A DNA stretch of 64,000 nt from Candidatus Poribacteria bacterium (GTDB taxonomy: Bacteria > Poribacteria > WGA-4E > PCPOR2b): contig OZ242326.1 in NCBI GenBank assembly GCA_965208325.1, forward strand, positions 768,001 through 832,000, given 5' to 3'. The notes under the pieces are model-generated. The model saw only the letters and a list, made by a program, of their open reading frames with translations, did no database searches and was not told the origin of the DNA. Of the stretch, positions 1-9,294 are shown one piece after another (positions within the stretch are counted from its first letter, which is position 1; every line of letters starts with the position of its first letter). The position numbers and the translations under genes were made by a program.

Positions 1-828
1 GGTCCCAATGGCGCCGGCAAAACTACGATGATGAGAATCTTGGCGACACTTGATGAGCCGACAAGCGGTGACGCCACGATTGACGGTGTCTCAATTGTCG
101 AAGCCCCGGAAAATGCCCGTCGGCTGATTGGGTATGTGCCGGACGCCCTTCCGGCGCACCGGGATATCTCGGTACACGACTATTTAGACTTTTTCGCCCG
201 CGCTTACGGACTAGACGGCGTCAAGCGTAAACAAGTGGTCGAAAGTATAGAAGGTTTTACTAACCTTACCGGTATTCGAGAAAAAACTCTTTATGCACTA
301 TCAAAGGGTATGAAACAGCGGGTTAGTCTTGCACGCGCGCTCGTACACGACCCGCCGGTATTGGTGATGGATGAACCAGCCGCCGGGCTCGATCCGCGGG
401 CACGGGTCGAACTGAGAGAACTCTTGAGGATTCTTTCCGGTGATGGAAAAGCCATCCTAATTAGCTCACACATCCTAACTGAACTCTCGGAAATCTGCGG
501 CGGCGCCGTCATAATTGAACAGGGCAAGATTGTCGCATCTGGAAACCTGCAAGAAATCGCTGGCCAGGGTACAGAGCAGTGCACGGTTGTGATTCGGTCT
601 CTCAACCGGCAAGACGAAATGTATAAGGCGATGCTCATAATGCCGAACGTGGCGGCGGTAAATCAGTTGGGCGGCGAGATAGAGGTGAAAGTCTCCGGAT
701 CGGAAGACACCTGCAGCGAACTGCTCGAAATCCTGATAAGGAGTGGATATCGAATCATTGAGTTCAAACAACGTGGCAGCGATTTGGAATCGGTGTTCAT
801 GAGCGTAACAACAGGGGTAGTGCAATGA
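1..828 (+). CDS. ABC transporter ATP-binding protein (5'-truncated by window edge)
   Basis: Frame opens at base 1 with Walker A GPNGAGKTT; signature LSKGMKQR, Walker B VLVMDEP, H-loop ISSH. Confidence 0.95.
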   Translation, partial: GPNGAGKTTMMRILATLDEPTSGDATIDGVSIVEAPENARRLIGYVPDALPAHRDISVHDYLDFFARAYGLDGVKRKQVVESIEGFTNLTGIREKTLYALSKGMKQRVSLARALVHDPPVLVMDEPAAGLDPRARVELRELLRILSGDGKAILISSHILTELSEICGGAVIIEQGKIVASGNLQEIAGQGTEQCTVVIRSLNRQDEMYKAMLIMPNVAAVNQLGGEIEVKVSGSEDTCSELLEILIRSGYRIIEFKQRGSDLESVFMSVTTGVVQ

Positions 829-2342
829 ACTACGTTACGGTTCTTCTTGAAAAATTTACCGACTCGCTTAATCCCATCGTAGTCAAAGAATTGCGGCAAG
901 CGGTGCAAGGCAGACTCTTTAGCGTGATATTGATGGTTTTTCTCGGATTGCTGCTGCTTACTATGGGATTATTCTTATCAAGTGAAACCATGGAATCGTC
1001 TTTCAATGCGGGACGTAACCTTTTTGGAGTATTGATCAGTATTTTACTAGGCACATGCTTACTGTTCGTACCGGCATATACGGGCATCCGGTTGGGAGCC
1101 GAACGGTCAGACGCTAATGTCGACTTGCTGTTCATAACGACGCTGCTGCCGCGTTCCATAATATGGGGCAAATTCCTCGCCGCCCTTGTGCTTACCGTCT
1201 TGCTTTACAGCGCGTGCCTGCCGTTTATGACCTTTACTTATCTGTTGCGGGGCGTTGACCTGCCGTCCATATTTGTCCTCATGGCGTTCACTTTTATTAT
1301 AGCGGGGGTTGCCATCCAGTGCGCCATCTTTCTCGGTTGCATTCCTGCCAATCGGTTCTTCAGAGTAATACTCGGCGTTGGGTGGCTTGTCGCTGTTGCT
1401 TCCAGCATTCCGACATTGAGTAACATGATGTATGCTCCTGGTGGACTCCTTAACTCCGGCATAGGCGGCCTCATAGGAACATGGCGATTCTGGCGTATCG
1501 CACTGAGCGTGTTGGCTGGCGGGATGGCACTGATAAGTCTACTTGGTCTATTGTCAATCGCACTAATTAGCCCGCTGTCGAGTAATCGAGCACTGCCGGT
1601 GCGGCTTTTTGTCACCGGAGTTTGGTTCTTAACCGGCATAGGCACCGTGATTTGGAGCATTGCATCACATAACCTCACTCCAGTCGGAGTGTGGGCAGCC
1701 GCGCACGTTCTTCTACATTCCATCGGTCTATTAATTGCAGTGAGCGAGAGAGAGCATTTAGGGCTGCGCATTCGCCACAGCATTCCGCGTAGACGTTGGC
1801 GCCGTCCGCTCGCATTTCTCTTATTCAGCGGTGCAGCCGGTGGCGTATTGTGGTCATCGCTAATGATTGTTCTCACTCTAATAACTATTGTCGTATTAGT
1901 AGAGCGTTACCCGCTTATGTGGACCGGACAGTTTTATAACGATTTTCTGACAATAAATATCGTCATGCCACTTCACGCGCTCGCCTATGCTCTAGGTGCC
2001 TCAATCATACGAAGACGCTTCTTCGGGAATCGCATCGCTGGAGGTTACACGTGCGTGATAGCCATCATATTGTTGGGCGTTACGACCATGATTGTACCGC
2101 TCATTCTGTTTTTCATAACCGGAACTTGGCAAAAAGACTGGTTGATTGGCAGTCCTATTGGTCCCATCCTCGCCGTCCCGGACGGTGAGTATCACCTTGC
2201 CTACAGCAGTTTGGGAATAGCGGCCGTTGGTGCATTGCTAGTCTGTGCCTTAAGTATTCCGTGGTTTTTCAGGCAAATTCGTGATTTTCATCCGCCAAAT
2301 AAAAACACCGCGCCTCAATTCCGGACGAATGAGTCTAGTTAA
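825..2342 (+). CDS. ABC-2 type transporter permease, multi-pass membrane protein
   Basis: ATGA overlap with the ATPase; NPIVVKELRQAVQGR start, ERSDANVDLLFITTL and WGKF motifs; many TM segments. Confidence 0.85.
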   Translation: MNYVTVLLEKFTDSLNPIVVKELRQAVQGRLFSVILMVFLGLLLLTMGLFLSSETMESSFNAGRNLFGVLISILLGTCLLFVPAYTGIRLGAERSDANVDLLFITTLLPRSIIWGKFLAALVLTVLLYSACLPFMTFTYLLRGVDLPSIFVLMAFTFIIAGVAIQCAIFLGCIPANRFFRVILGVGWLVAVASSIPTLSNMMYAPGGLLNSGIGGLIGTWRFWRIALSVLAGGMALISLLGLLSIALISPLSSNRALPVRLFVTGVWFLTGIGTVIWSIASHNLTPVGVWAAAHVLLHSIGLLIAVSEREHLGLRIRHSIPRRRWRRPLAFLLFSGAAGGVLWSSLMIVLTLITIVVLVERYPLMWTGQFYNDFLTINIVMPLHALAYALGASIIRRRFFGNRIAGGYTCVIAIILLGVTTMIVPLILFFITGTWQKDWLIGSPIGPILAVPDGEYHLAYSSLGIAAVGALLVCALSIPWFFRQIRDFHPPNKNTAPQFRTNESS

Positions 2343-2595
2343 CTCTATATCTCAATTCTCGCTTGGCGGCGCAATAATCGCGGCGTAATTTCCCCGCCGG
2401 TAATTTGCGTAGATTCAACCTAGTTCAGTTTACACCAGCACTGTACATTACACGCCCAATAATCATCTACGCGCTTGTAAACCGCCTGAGATACTATTTT
2501 GCGCAAAAAGCGGAATTGAGACTGAATCTTGGCGGAAGTAGCCGATGGCCTTAATTATCTCTGCACTAACTCTCTAAAACTCTGGAGGAAACACT

Positions 2596-3843
2596 GTGAA
2601 AAATGTCATCAACATCTCACTGATTTTGAGTTTGCTTTTCGTTTTCCTGGTGCTCGAAATTGAGGCAGAACCTTCATCTACCGTCGCAATACTCGGTGCA
2701 TTCGATGAAGAAATCAGACTCCTTGAGGGTCAGCTTGCAAATTCAACGATTCACATAATCGAGAAACTGCAATTCATGACAGGTTTACTCAACGAACAAA
2801 ATGTGGTAATCGCTACCACTGGCATCGGCAAGGTCAATGCAGCAATGACGGCGACTCTTGCCATCGAGCATTTTCGCCCAAATCAAGTTATCTTTACAGG
2901 GGTAGCTGGCGGACTCAACCCGGATTTGAATTTAGGAGATATTGTTATTGCGGAGCGGACAGCCCAACACGATTTGGGTAAATTGGCGTCCGTAGAAATC
3001 GAAAATTTCGGCGTGCGGAACCCGATTACCGGGAAACGAAATCCTGTTTTCTTTCCAGCCGATCCGCGGCTTTTGCAAACCGCTCAGACCGCTCAACAAC
3101 GGGTTGAACTGAGTCCATTAGACACGCCCGACGGCAAGCGTCAACCGCGAATCGTCACGGGCACCGTCGTGACCGGCGATATTTTTGTCGCATTTGATGG
3201 CAAAAGGGCAGCCTTGCATGAAAATCTCGGCGGGGACGCTGTAGAGATGGAGGGCGCATCGGTCGCGCAGATTTGCTGGCAGCAAAATATACCTTGCTTG
3301 GTCATACGCAGCCTCAGCGATTACGCGGGTTCGGACGCTACTGACGACTTCAAGAAATACTACAAAATCGCTGCTCGCAACTCGGCGGCGTTAGTAACCC
3401 AGATTGTCGACGAACTCCATTCCTCCGAATCGCTTCCGTGGGAATCTGAACAAAATGAATTACTTTCCGCCAATGAAAAGAAATTTCAAGAGATGCTTTC
3501 GAACGTAATTTTGGTTGGCAACTTCACAGTCGCTGGAGGTGAAGATCGACATGCACTCCATGAAGAAAAATACACTATCGAAAGAGTCTCAAAATTGGGT
3601 GGCGACCGCTGGTTGTTCGTTGCAAGAGTCCAATACGCCGGGAGAGACGTAACCGTACCGCTGCCGCTCGAAGTCAAATGGGCGGATGATACACCCATTA
3701 TCACACTCACCGATATGGAATTGCCGCAGCTAGGAACCTACACGGCAAGAGTCTTGATGTATCGCGGCAAATACGCCGGCACCTGGAGCAGCAAAATGCA
3801 CGGCGGGCACCTGTTCGGGAAAATTATCAAAAATACGGAATAA
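2596..3843 (+). CDS. mtnN: 5'-methylthioadenosine/S-adenosylhomocysteine nucleosidase with signal peptide and extra C-terminal domain
   Basis: GAFDEE, GIGKVNAA, FTGVAGG, VEMEGA and RSLSD motifs; GGAGG RBS before GTG; hydrophobic N-terminus. Confidence 0.88.
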   Translation: MKNVINISLILSLLFVFLVLEIEAEPSSTVAILGAFDEEIRLLEGQLANSTIHIIEKLQFMTGLLNEQNVVIATTGIGKVNAAMTATLAIEHFRPNQVIFTGVAGGLNPDLNLGDIVIAERTAQHDLGKLASVEIENFGVRNPITGKRNPVFFPADPRLLQTAQTAQQRVELSPLDTPDGKRQPRIVTGTVVTGDIFVAFDGKRAALHENLGGDAVEMEGASVAQICWQQNIPCLVIRSLSDYAGSDATDDFKKYYKIAARNSAALVTQIVDELHSSESLPWESEQNELLSANEKKFQEMLSNVILVGNFTVAGGEDRHALHEEKYTIERVSKLGGDRWLFVARVQYAGRDVTVPLPLEVKWADDTPIITLTDMELPQLGTYTARVLMYRGKYAGTWSSKMHGGHLFGKIIKNTE

Positions 3844-4038
3844 CACAGGACGATTCCTCCGTACAATAACCGGCCGCCTCATATTTCCGGCTTTATCGCT
3901 TGTCCGCAAACATATGATAGCGTTTGAAAGTCCTAACAAGTTTTTACTGAAGACTCACCTCAAATATCAATTTGAACAGGGACACTCCCAGATTAGTTCC
4001 CCACGTCTCTCAAATTTAGCAAGGAAACCCATCGTCCT

Positions 4039-4908
4039 ATGAAGTCAATAAATACCGATTTCTACTTAGGGGATTGCTTAGATATACTCTCCGGTTTTGA
4101 CGCAAATTCATTCGATCTGATCTTAACTTCTCCTCCTTATGCTGACCGCCGATCTAAGACATATGGCGGCGTCAAACCCGATGAATATGTGGATTGGTTT
4201 CTACCACGAGCCGATGCCTTTTTTCAAGTCCTTAAATCGTCGGGTACTTTTATCTTGAACATCAAAGAAAAAGCCGTTAATGGAGAACGTCATACGTACG
4301 TCATCGAGTTGATACTAGCGATGAAAAAGCAGGGCTGGATTTGGACTGAGGAGTTTGTTTGGCATAAGAAAAACTGTTATCCCGGCAAATGGCCAAACCG
4401 GTTTAGGGACGCTTGGGAGAGATGTTTGCAGTTCAATAAATCCAAGAAGTTTAACATGTATCAAGACGCTGTCATGGTGCCGATGGGGGATTGGACGGAA
4501 AAGCGCTTGAAACATCTCAGTGAAACTGACCAGAGTCGCGATACATCGAGAGTCGGCAGCGGTTTCGGCAAAAACGTCTCAAATTGGGTAAATCGAAAAA
4601 TGGCATACCCCACGAATGTTTTGCACTTGGCGACAGAAACAGGAAATCGTAAACACAGCGCAGTATTTCCCAAGACGTTGCCTGAATGGTTTATCAAACT
4701 GTTTACAAAAGAAGGTGATTGGGTGCTAGATCCGTTCGCCGGCGCAGGTACAACGTGTCAGGTTGCTCAGGAACAGTTCAGGAATTCCACCGGCATTGAA
4801 ATCTTGCCTGAATATTATCATTTGGCAAGGGATAATATCAAGCCAACGCAGTATCTGCTATTTGAGGAGACTCAATATGAAACCCATTACACAACAGGAG
4901 ATAACTGA
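4039..4908 (+). CDS. Site-specific DNA methyltransferase, beta class (SPPY motif, probably N4-cytosine)
   Basis: TSPPY motif IV precedes VLDPFAGAGTT motif I; HSAVFP motif. Confidence 0.93.
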   Translation: MKSINTDFYLGDCLDILSGFDANSFDLILTSPPYADRRSKTYGGVKPDEYVDWFLPRADAFFQVLKSSGTFILNIKEKAVNGERHTYVIELILAMKKQGWIWTEEFVWHKKNCYPGKWPNRFRDAWERCLQFNKSKKFNMYQDAVMVPMGDWTEKRLKHLSETDQSRDTSRVGSGFGKNVSNWVNRKMAYPTNVLHLATETGNRKHSAVFPKTLPEWFIKLFTKEGDWVLDPFAGAGTTCQVAQEQFRNSTGIEILPEYYHLARDNIKPTQYLLFEETQYETHYTTGDN

Positions 4909-5620
4909 TTATGTTGAGGCGAACATTAAATCGTTTCACCAAAAACGGTTAGATAAACTCCAAGCGTTGAGACTAATGGATGTCATAAAACGAAAAAATC
5001 CATATCTATTCAAAGCGAAAAACATCAACACGGCACAAGACTTTGTAAAGACCATCCTAGATGCTTTTCTGTCCTCGCAAGAAGAAGGTATTTTTGGTGG
5101 GTTTCTGGAGGAACTTGCGATTTTCATCTGTTCAGAGGTTTATGGCGGCCAGAAATCTTCAGCAGAAGGGATTGATCTAGAATTTGAAAAAGACAGTTTA
5201 AGATTCGTTGTATCAATCAAATCCGGACCAAATTGGGGAAATAGTAGCCAGATTGCAAAACTTCGGGACAACTTCAGGAAAACTAAACAAATCCTCAGCT
5301 CGAATACATCATCGGCAAATGTCGTCGCTGTTAATGGATGCTGCTATGGACAGGATCGAAAGCCAAACAAGGGCGACTATTTTAAGCTGTGTGGACAAGA
5401 GTTTTGGGCATTTATTTCCGGAGATGACAACTTGTACATAGACATAATTGAGCCTTTAGGGCATCAAGCGAAAGAAAAAAATGAGCAGTTTTTGAATGAA
5501 TACGTGAAGGTCCTCAATAGATTTACGTTAGAGTTCCTCACCAAATTCTGCACCCCTGACGGAAATGTCTGTTGGGAAGATATTGTCAAATTTAACTCGG
5601 CAAAACCCGCAGTATCATAA
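4877..5620 (+). CDS. Type II restriction endonuclease, EcoO109I/PmeII-like family
   Basis: Probable start ATG 4877 after GAGGAG; RKNPYLF, GIDLEF..SIKSGPNWGNSSQ, GCCYG and GQEFWAFISGD motifs; overlaps the MTase gene. Confidence 0.85.
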   Translation: MKPITQQEITDYVEANIKSFHQKRLDKLQALRLMDVIKRKNPYLFKAKNINTAQDFVKTILDAFLSSQEEGIFGGFLEELAIFICSEVYGGQKSSAEGIDLEFEKDSLRFVVSIKSGPNWGNSSQIAKLRDNFRKTKQILSSNTSSANVVAVNGCCYGQDRKPNKGDYFKLCGQEFWAFISGDDNLYIDIIEPLGHQAKEKNEQFLNEYVKVLNRFTLEFLTKFCTPDGNVCWEDIVKFNSAKPAVS

Positions 5621-5717
5621 TGGGTATAGTGATACCTTCCTGATTGCCGGAATCGTTATCATGTGATTCCGCCAAGCGACGACACCATCTGCAAAATTCA
5701 CTCAATCTTCGCTGCTC

Positions 5718-8504
5718 ATGCTGACACTACTCCAACCAATCTGGTTATTATTAATAATTCCGCTTGGCATATCGCTGTGGGTCTGGAAACCGAGTTCGAG
5801 GTTACTCTGGATTTTCCGAGTCGTAATATTAAGTCTTGTCCTGTTAGCGATGTGCGGGCTTGCCGTGGAATTGCCGAGACGTGCCGGCACCATTGTCGTT
5901 ATCGCGGACCGTAGCTTGTCGATGCCGCCCGGCAGCGAAGCTAGGCAGAAAGAGGCTATTGATTTAATACAGAGCGAGATGCCGAGCGATTCCCGCCTTG
6001 GCGTCGTCTCCTTTGGACGAGTGTCCGCGGTCGAACAGTCACCACAAAGTGGAAAGTTCGCGGGTTTTGTCAACGAAGTGAACGGCGATGCGTCGGATCT
6101 AAACGCCGCAGTTGCGCAAGCGATAGCACTCATACCGCGAGATTCGCCCGGCAGAGTGATTCTTCTGTCGGACGGCAGATGGACTGGTAACGACCCGATG
6201 GGCACAGCTGCCCACGCCGCAGCGCGAGGTATCCCCATTGATTACCGCGCCATGCGCCGGGACTCCGTAAACGATGTTGCCATCTCCCATGTAGATGCCC
6301 CCGATGTTGCAACACCCGGTGAATCGTTTATGATTGCCGCATGGATACACGCGCCGATTTCAGGAGAAATTTCATACGAGTTGTTGCGTAATAATCAACG
6401 CCTAACGGCTGGCAAGCGGAGCGTTCCGTCCGGGCTGAGCCGTCTGATTTTCCGGGACAAAGCCGCGCAGCCGGGTACTCATCAATACGCTGTGCGAATT
6501 GGGGGAAGCGAATCCGACCCGGTGCCAGAGAACAATACGGCAAAGGTCTTGGTCGGCATTCAAGGGTCTCGCCCCATTCTTCATATCACATCCACTTCCA
6601 ATTCTGGGCTGTCGAATCTGCTGAAAGCGGGCGGTTTGGACGTAGAAACCGCTCCGCCGTCCGCATACATTTGGTCGATTGATGAACTATCAGGATTTTC
6701 GGCAGTGTTGATAGAGAATGTGTTGGCAGGTGAAATTGGCTTCCACGGCATGGATAATCTAGCCGCTTGGGTCAGAGAGACTGGGTCGGGGTTCATGATG
6801 ACCGGCGGTAAACACGCCTATGGACCGGGCGGCTATTTCAAATCTCCGCTCGAGCCAATTATGCCGCTCTCCATGGAGTTGAGACGCGAACATCGGAAGC
6901 TGTCGCTCGCGATAGTGGTGGCGATGGACCGGTCGGGCAGCATGTCAATGCCGGTAGGCGGCGGTAGGACGAAAATAGATCTCGCAAATCTCGCGACAGC
7001 GGAAGTTTTTGACATGTTGTCACCGACGGATGAGTTTGGCGTAATTGCGGTTGACAGCGCCCCGCACATTATTGCCAACCTTGCTCCTGTTGACAAACTC
7101 GGCGGAACCCGGAGCAGAATCCTTCGGATTGCCTCGCAGGGCGGCGGAATCTTCGTCTACGAAGCGCTTAGCGCCGCCTCTTCAATGTTACTCCGCGCTC
7201 AAGCCGGCACGCGGCACATCATTCTGTTTGCGGACGCCGCCGATTCCGAGCAACCCGGACGCTATATAAAGTTGCTGGATGAATGTCGAAAGGCTAACAT
7301 TACTGTCAGCGTCGTAGGACTCGGAACACCGTCCGATGTCGACGCTAAACTGCTGCGTGACATCGCCCGGCGCGGCGAGGGGCGTTGTTTTTTCACCGAA
7401 GATGCCCAAGAGTTGCCGCGTCTGTTCGCTCAGGACACGTTTGTAGTGGCGCGCGGCACGTTTGTTGACGAACCTACGCCGATTAAAACCACAGGCGGGA
7501 TGGCCGCGTTGACCGGCACTCAATATCAGATTCCGTCTTCAATCGGCGGGTACAACTTATGTTACATTCGTCCCGATGCAAACCTCGCTGCCGTGACCTT
7601 GGACGAATACAACGCGCCTGTGGTAGCGGCGTGGCAGGCAGGTACTGGACGCGTGCTCTGCTATACAGGAGAAGCGGACGGGGCACACACCGGCGCAATT
7701 GCCAATTGGAATGGTATTGGAAACCTGTTCACGAGCTTAGCACGCTGGACTGCTGGAGATTCTGCCAACCTCCCCGATGGGATGTTGCTCACACAAAAGG
7801 TCAGGAACGGCGTCGGCAAAATACAACTTCATCTCGACCCGGAACGAGAGGGTGAAATGTTCAGGGCTCTACCCAGCGTGACGATACTGCGCGGCGTAGT
7901 TGGGGAAGCGCCGACCGTGAGCAAAACCAAGTTGTCATGGACATCCGCCGACTCGCTCACTGCTGATGTGCCCATACACGGCGGTGAAACAGCGCTAGCA
8001 TCCGTGGAGGTACCGGGGGCTGGAACTGTATCGCTGCCGCCGATCTGCCTGCCGTATTCACCGGAGTTTAAGCCCGCGCCGGACGAATCCGGGCTAGCGA
8101 CAATGGAACGGCTTTCCAAAACGTCCGGGGGAAAATCGAGAGTCAGCCTCGGTGGCATTTGGGACGATTTGCCGCGCAATCCCCGTCTAATAGGTCTCGC
8201 ACCGTGGTTACTAATCGCGGCGCTCATCCTTCTGCTGCTCGAAACACTCGAACGCCGTACAGGGTTGTTTTCCATGAAACGGGCGTACAGAGTTGCAGCA
8301 GCAGTTACGCAACGAATACCCCGGAAGGCGCGCCGCACATCTCGGACGCTTTCATCGTCCGTAAAAACATCGCCGCCCACGGAGCCCGAGCACGCTGAAT
8401 CGCCGCACACTTCTCCAGAACCGGAGGCTAGCGTGGAGCGGGGTGGAATGCTAGACGCCTTAACCCAAGCGCGAAGGCGTGCCAGCGGACGGACAGGGCG
8501 TTGA
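5718..8504 (+). CDS. Membrane-anchored double VWA-domain protein with glutamine amidotransferase-like middle domain
   Basis: Two MIDAS motifs (DRSLSM, DRSGSM), LLSDG, GGKHAYGPGGY; N- and C-terminal TM segments. Confidence 0.88.
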   Translation: MLTLLQPIWLLLIIPLGISLWVWKPSSRLLWIFRVVILSLVLLAMCGLAVELPRRAGTIVVIADRSLSMPPGSEARQKEAIDLIQSEMPSDSRLGVVSFGRVSAVEQSPQSGKFAGFVNEVNGDASDLNAAVAQAIALIPRDSPGRVILLSDGRWTGNDPMGTAAHAAARGIPIDYRAMRRDSVNDVAISHVDAPDVATPGESFMIAAWIHAPISGEISYELLRNNQRLTAGKRSVPSGLSRLIFRDKAAQPGTHQYAVRIGGSESDPVPENNTAKVLVGIQGSRPILHITSTSNSGLSNLLKAGGLDVETAPPSAYIWSIDELSGFSAVLIENVLAGEIGFHGMDNLAAWVRETGSGFMMTGGKHAYGPGGYFKSPLEPIMPLSMELRREHRKLSLAIVVAMDRSGSMSMPVGGGRTKIDLANLATAEVFDMLSPTDEFGVIAVDSAPHIIANLAPVDKLGGTRSRILRIASQGGGIFVYEALSAASSMLLRAQAGTRHIILFADAADSEQPGRYIKLLDECRKANITVSVVGLGTPSDVDAKLLRDIARRGEGRCFFTEDAQELPRLFAQDTFVVARGTFVDEPTPIKTTGGMAALTGTQYQIPSSIGGYNLCYIRPDANLAAVTLDEYNAPVVAAWQAGTGRVLCYTGEADGAHTGAIANWNGIGNLFTSLARWTAGDSANLPDGMLLTQKVRNGVGKIQLHLDPEREGEMFRALPSVTILRGVVGEAPTVSKTKLSWTSADSLTADVPIHGGETALASVEVPGAGTVSLPPICLPYSPEFKPAPDESGLATMERLSKTSGGKSRVSLGGIWDDLPRNPRLIGLAPWLLIAALILLLLETLERRTGLFSMKRAYRVAAAVTQRIPRKARRTSRTLSSSVKTSPPTEPEHAESPHTSPEPEASVERGGMLDALTQARRRASGRTGR

Positions 8505-8531
8505 CGCTGAACTTAGAACAGTTCCAATTCC

Positions 8532-8560
8532 TTGAATTTCTGATGTAGATGTGCTAGAAT
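8532..8560 (+). promoter_or_regulatory. Sigma70-type promoter for the UxxU gene
   Basis: TTGAAT-17 bp-TAGAAT with extended -10 TG; 25 nt upstream of ATG 8586. Confidence 0.6.
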
Positions 8561-8585
8561 TAACATCCATAACGGAGAAGCCATT

Positions 8586-9263
8586 ATGTTAATTCGATAT
8601 CTATTTTACTTACCGCTACTGGTAGCAGCTATGTACGGATGGGCGGATGTGGATGAATCAATATCCACACAGCAGCAAGCCAACCGTCCGACCTCCATAA
8701 CGCCCGCCTGAAGTGCCTGACCGGGCGAAGGTGCACCGCTTCGGGGAAGCGGGATTCAAAAAAATTGGGCAATTTCGTGGCGTTATATCCGTACAGAGTT
8801 GGACCGGCCTCGCTGGCGGACGACACTGAATTACGCGGTGGCAAATAGACTTCAACTCGGCGTCGAATTCAATCCCGCTGCACGTGAGTTCGCACCGCTC
8901 GCCAACTTGTTTCTCTTCACTGAAACCAACGTCCGACCCGCGGCTGTTATAGGAACAAGTTCAGACCGTGTCGGGTCGCCGCCAAAAGAACAGGCATACT
9001 TTTTGACAATCGCCAAGCGTCTGCCCAGCGTGCCAATCTCGGCCTATGCAACCATCAACTACTCCGAATGGGACAACGGGTTCAATTTCCCTTTCGGTGC
9101 TAGCATTGATCTCGGTAATGGCTTCACTGTGCGCGGCATGTACGACGGAGATCTACCTCACCTGATGTTGAACTACTACTTTAAAGAGTTCAGCTTAAGT
9201 CTAATGTACATAAGTATCGATCAATCGCAAAGGCCGGGCATCGCGCTTTCCTCATCATTCTAA
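8586..9263 (+). CDS. Candidate double-selenocysteine (UxxU) exported beta-barrel-like protein, 225 aa
   Basis: GGAG RBS 8574-8577, ATG 8586 in frame with track ORF 8799..9263; signal peptide MLIRYLFYLPLLVAAMYGWA; only interruptions are TGA 8709-8711 and TGA 8718-8720 (TPA-U-SA-U-PGEG); hairpin follows; ends PGIALSSSF. Confidence 0.75.
8736..8752 (+). promoter_or_regulatory. Candidate bacterial SECIS hairpin
   Basis: CCGCTTC-GGG-GAAGCGG perfect 7-bp stem with G-rich loop, 22 nt after the second UGA and 31 nt after the first. Confidence 0.55.
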
Positions 9264-9294
9264 ACATTTTAATTTCCTGTTCACAACGTGTCTG

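Noticed and set aside
4763..4876. N-terminal extension of the restriction endonuclease in the ORF track
   Set aside because: It overlaps the methyltransferase; ATG 4877 has a clear GAGGAG RBS.
8709..8720. Genome-wide UGA reassignment (Trp or Gly) as the explanation of the two TGAs
   Set aside because: Other genes end at TGA at expected C-termini (for example the ABC ATPase at 828, dapB and the SDR), and Trp is encoded by TGG throughout.
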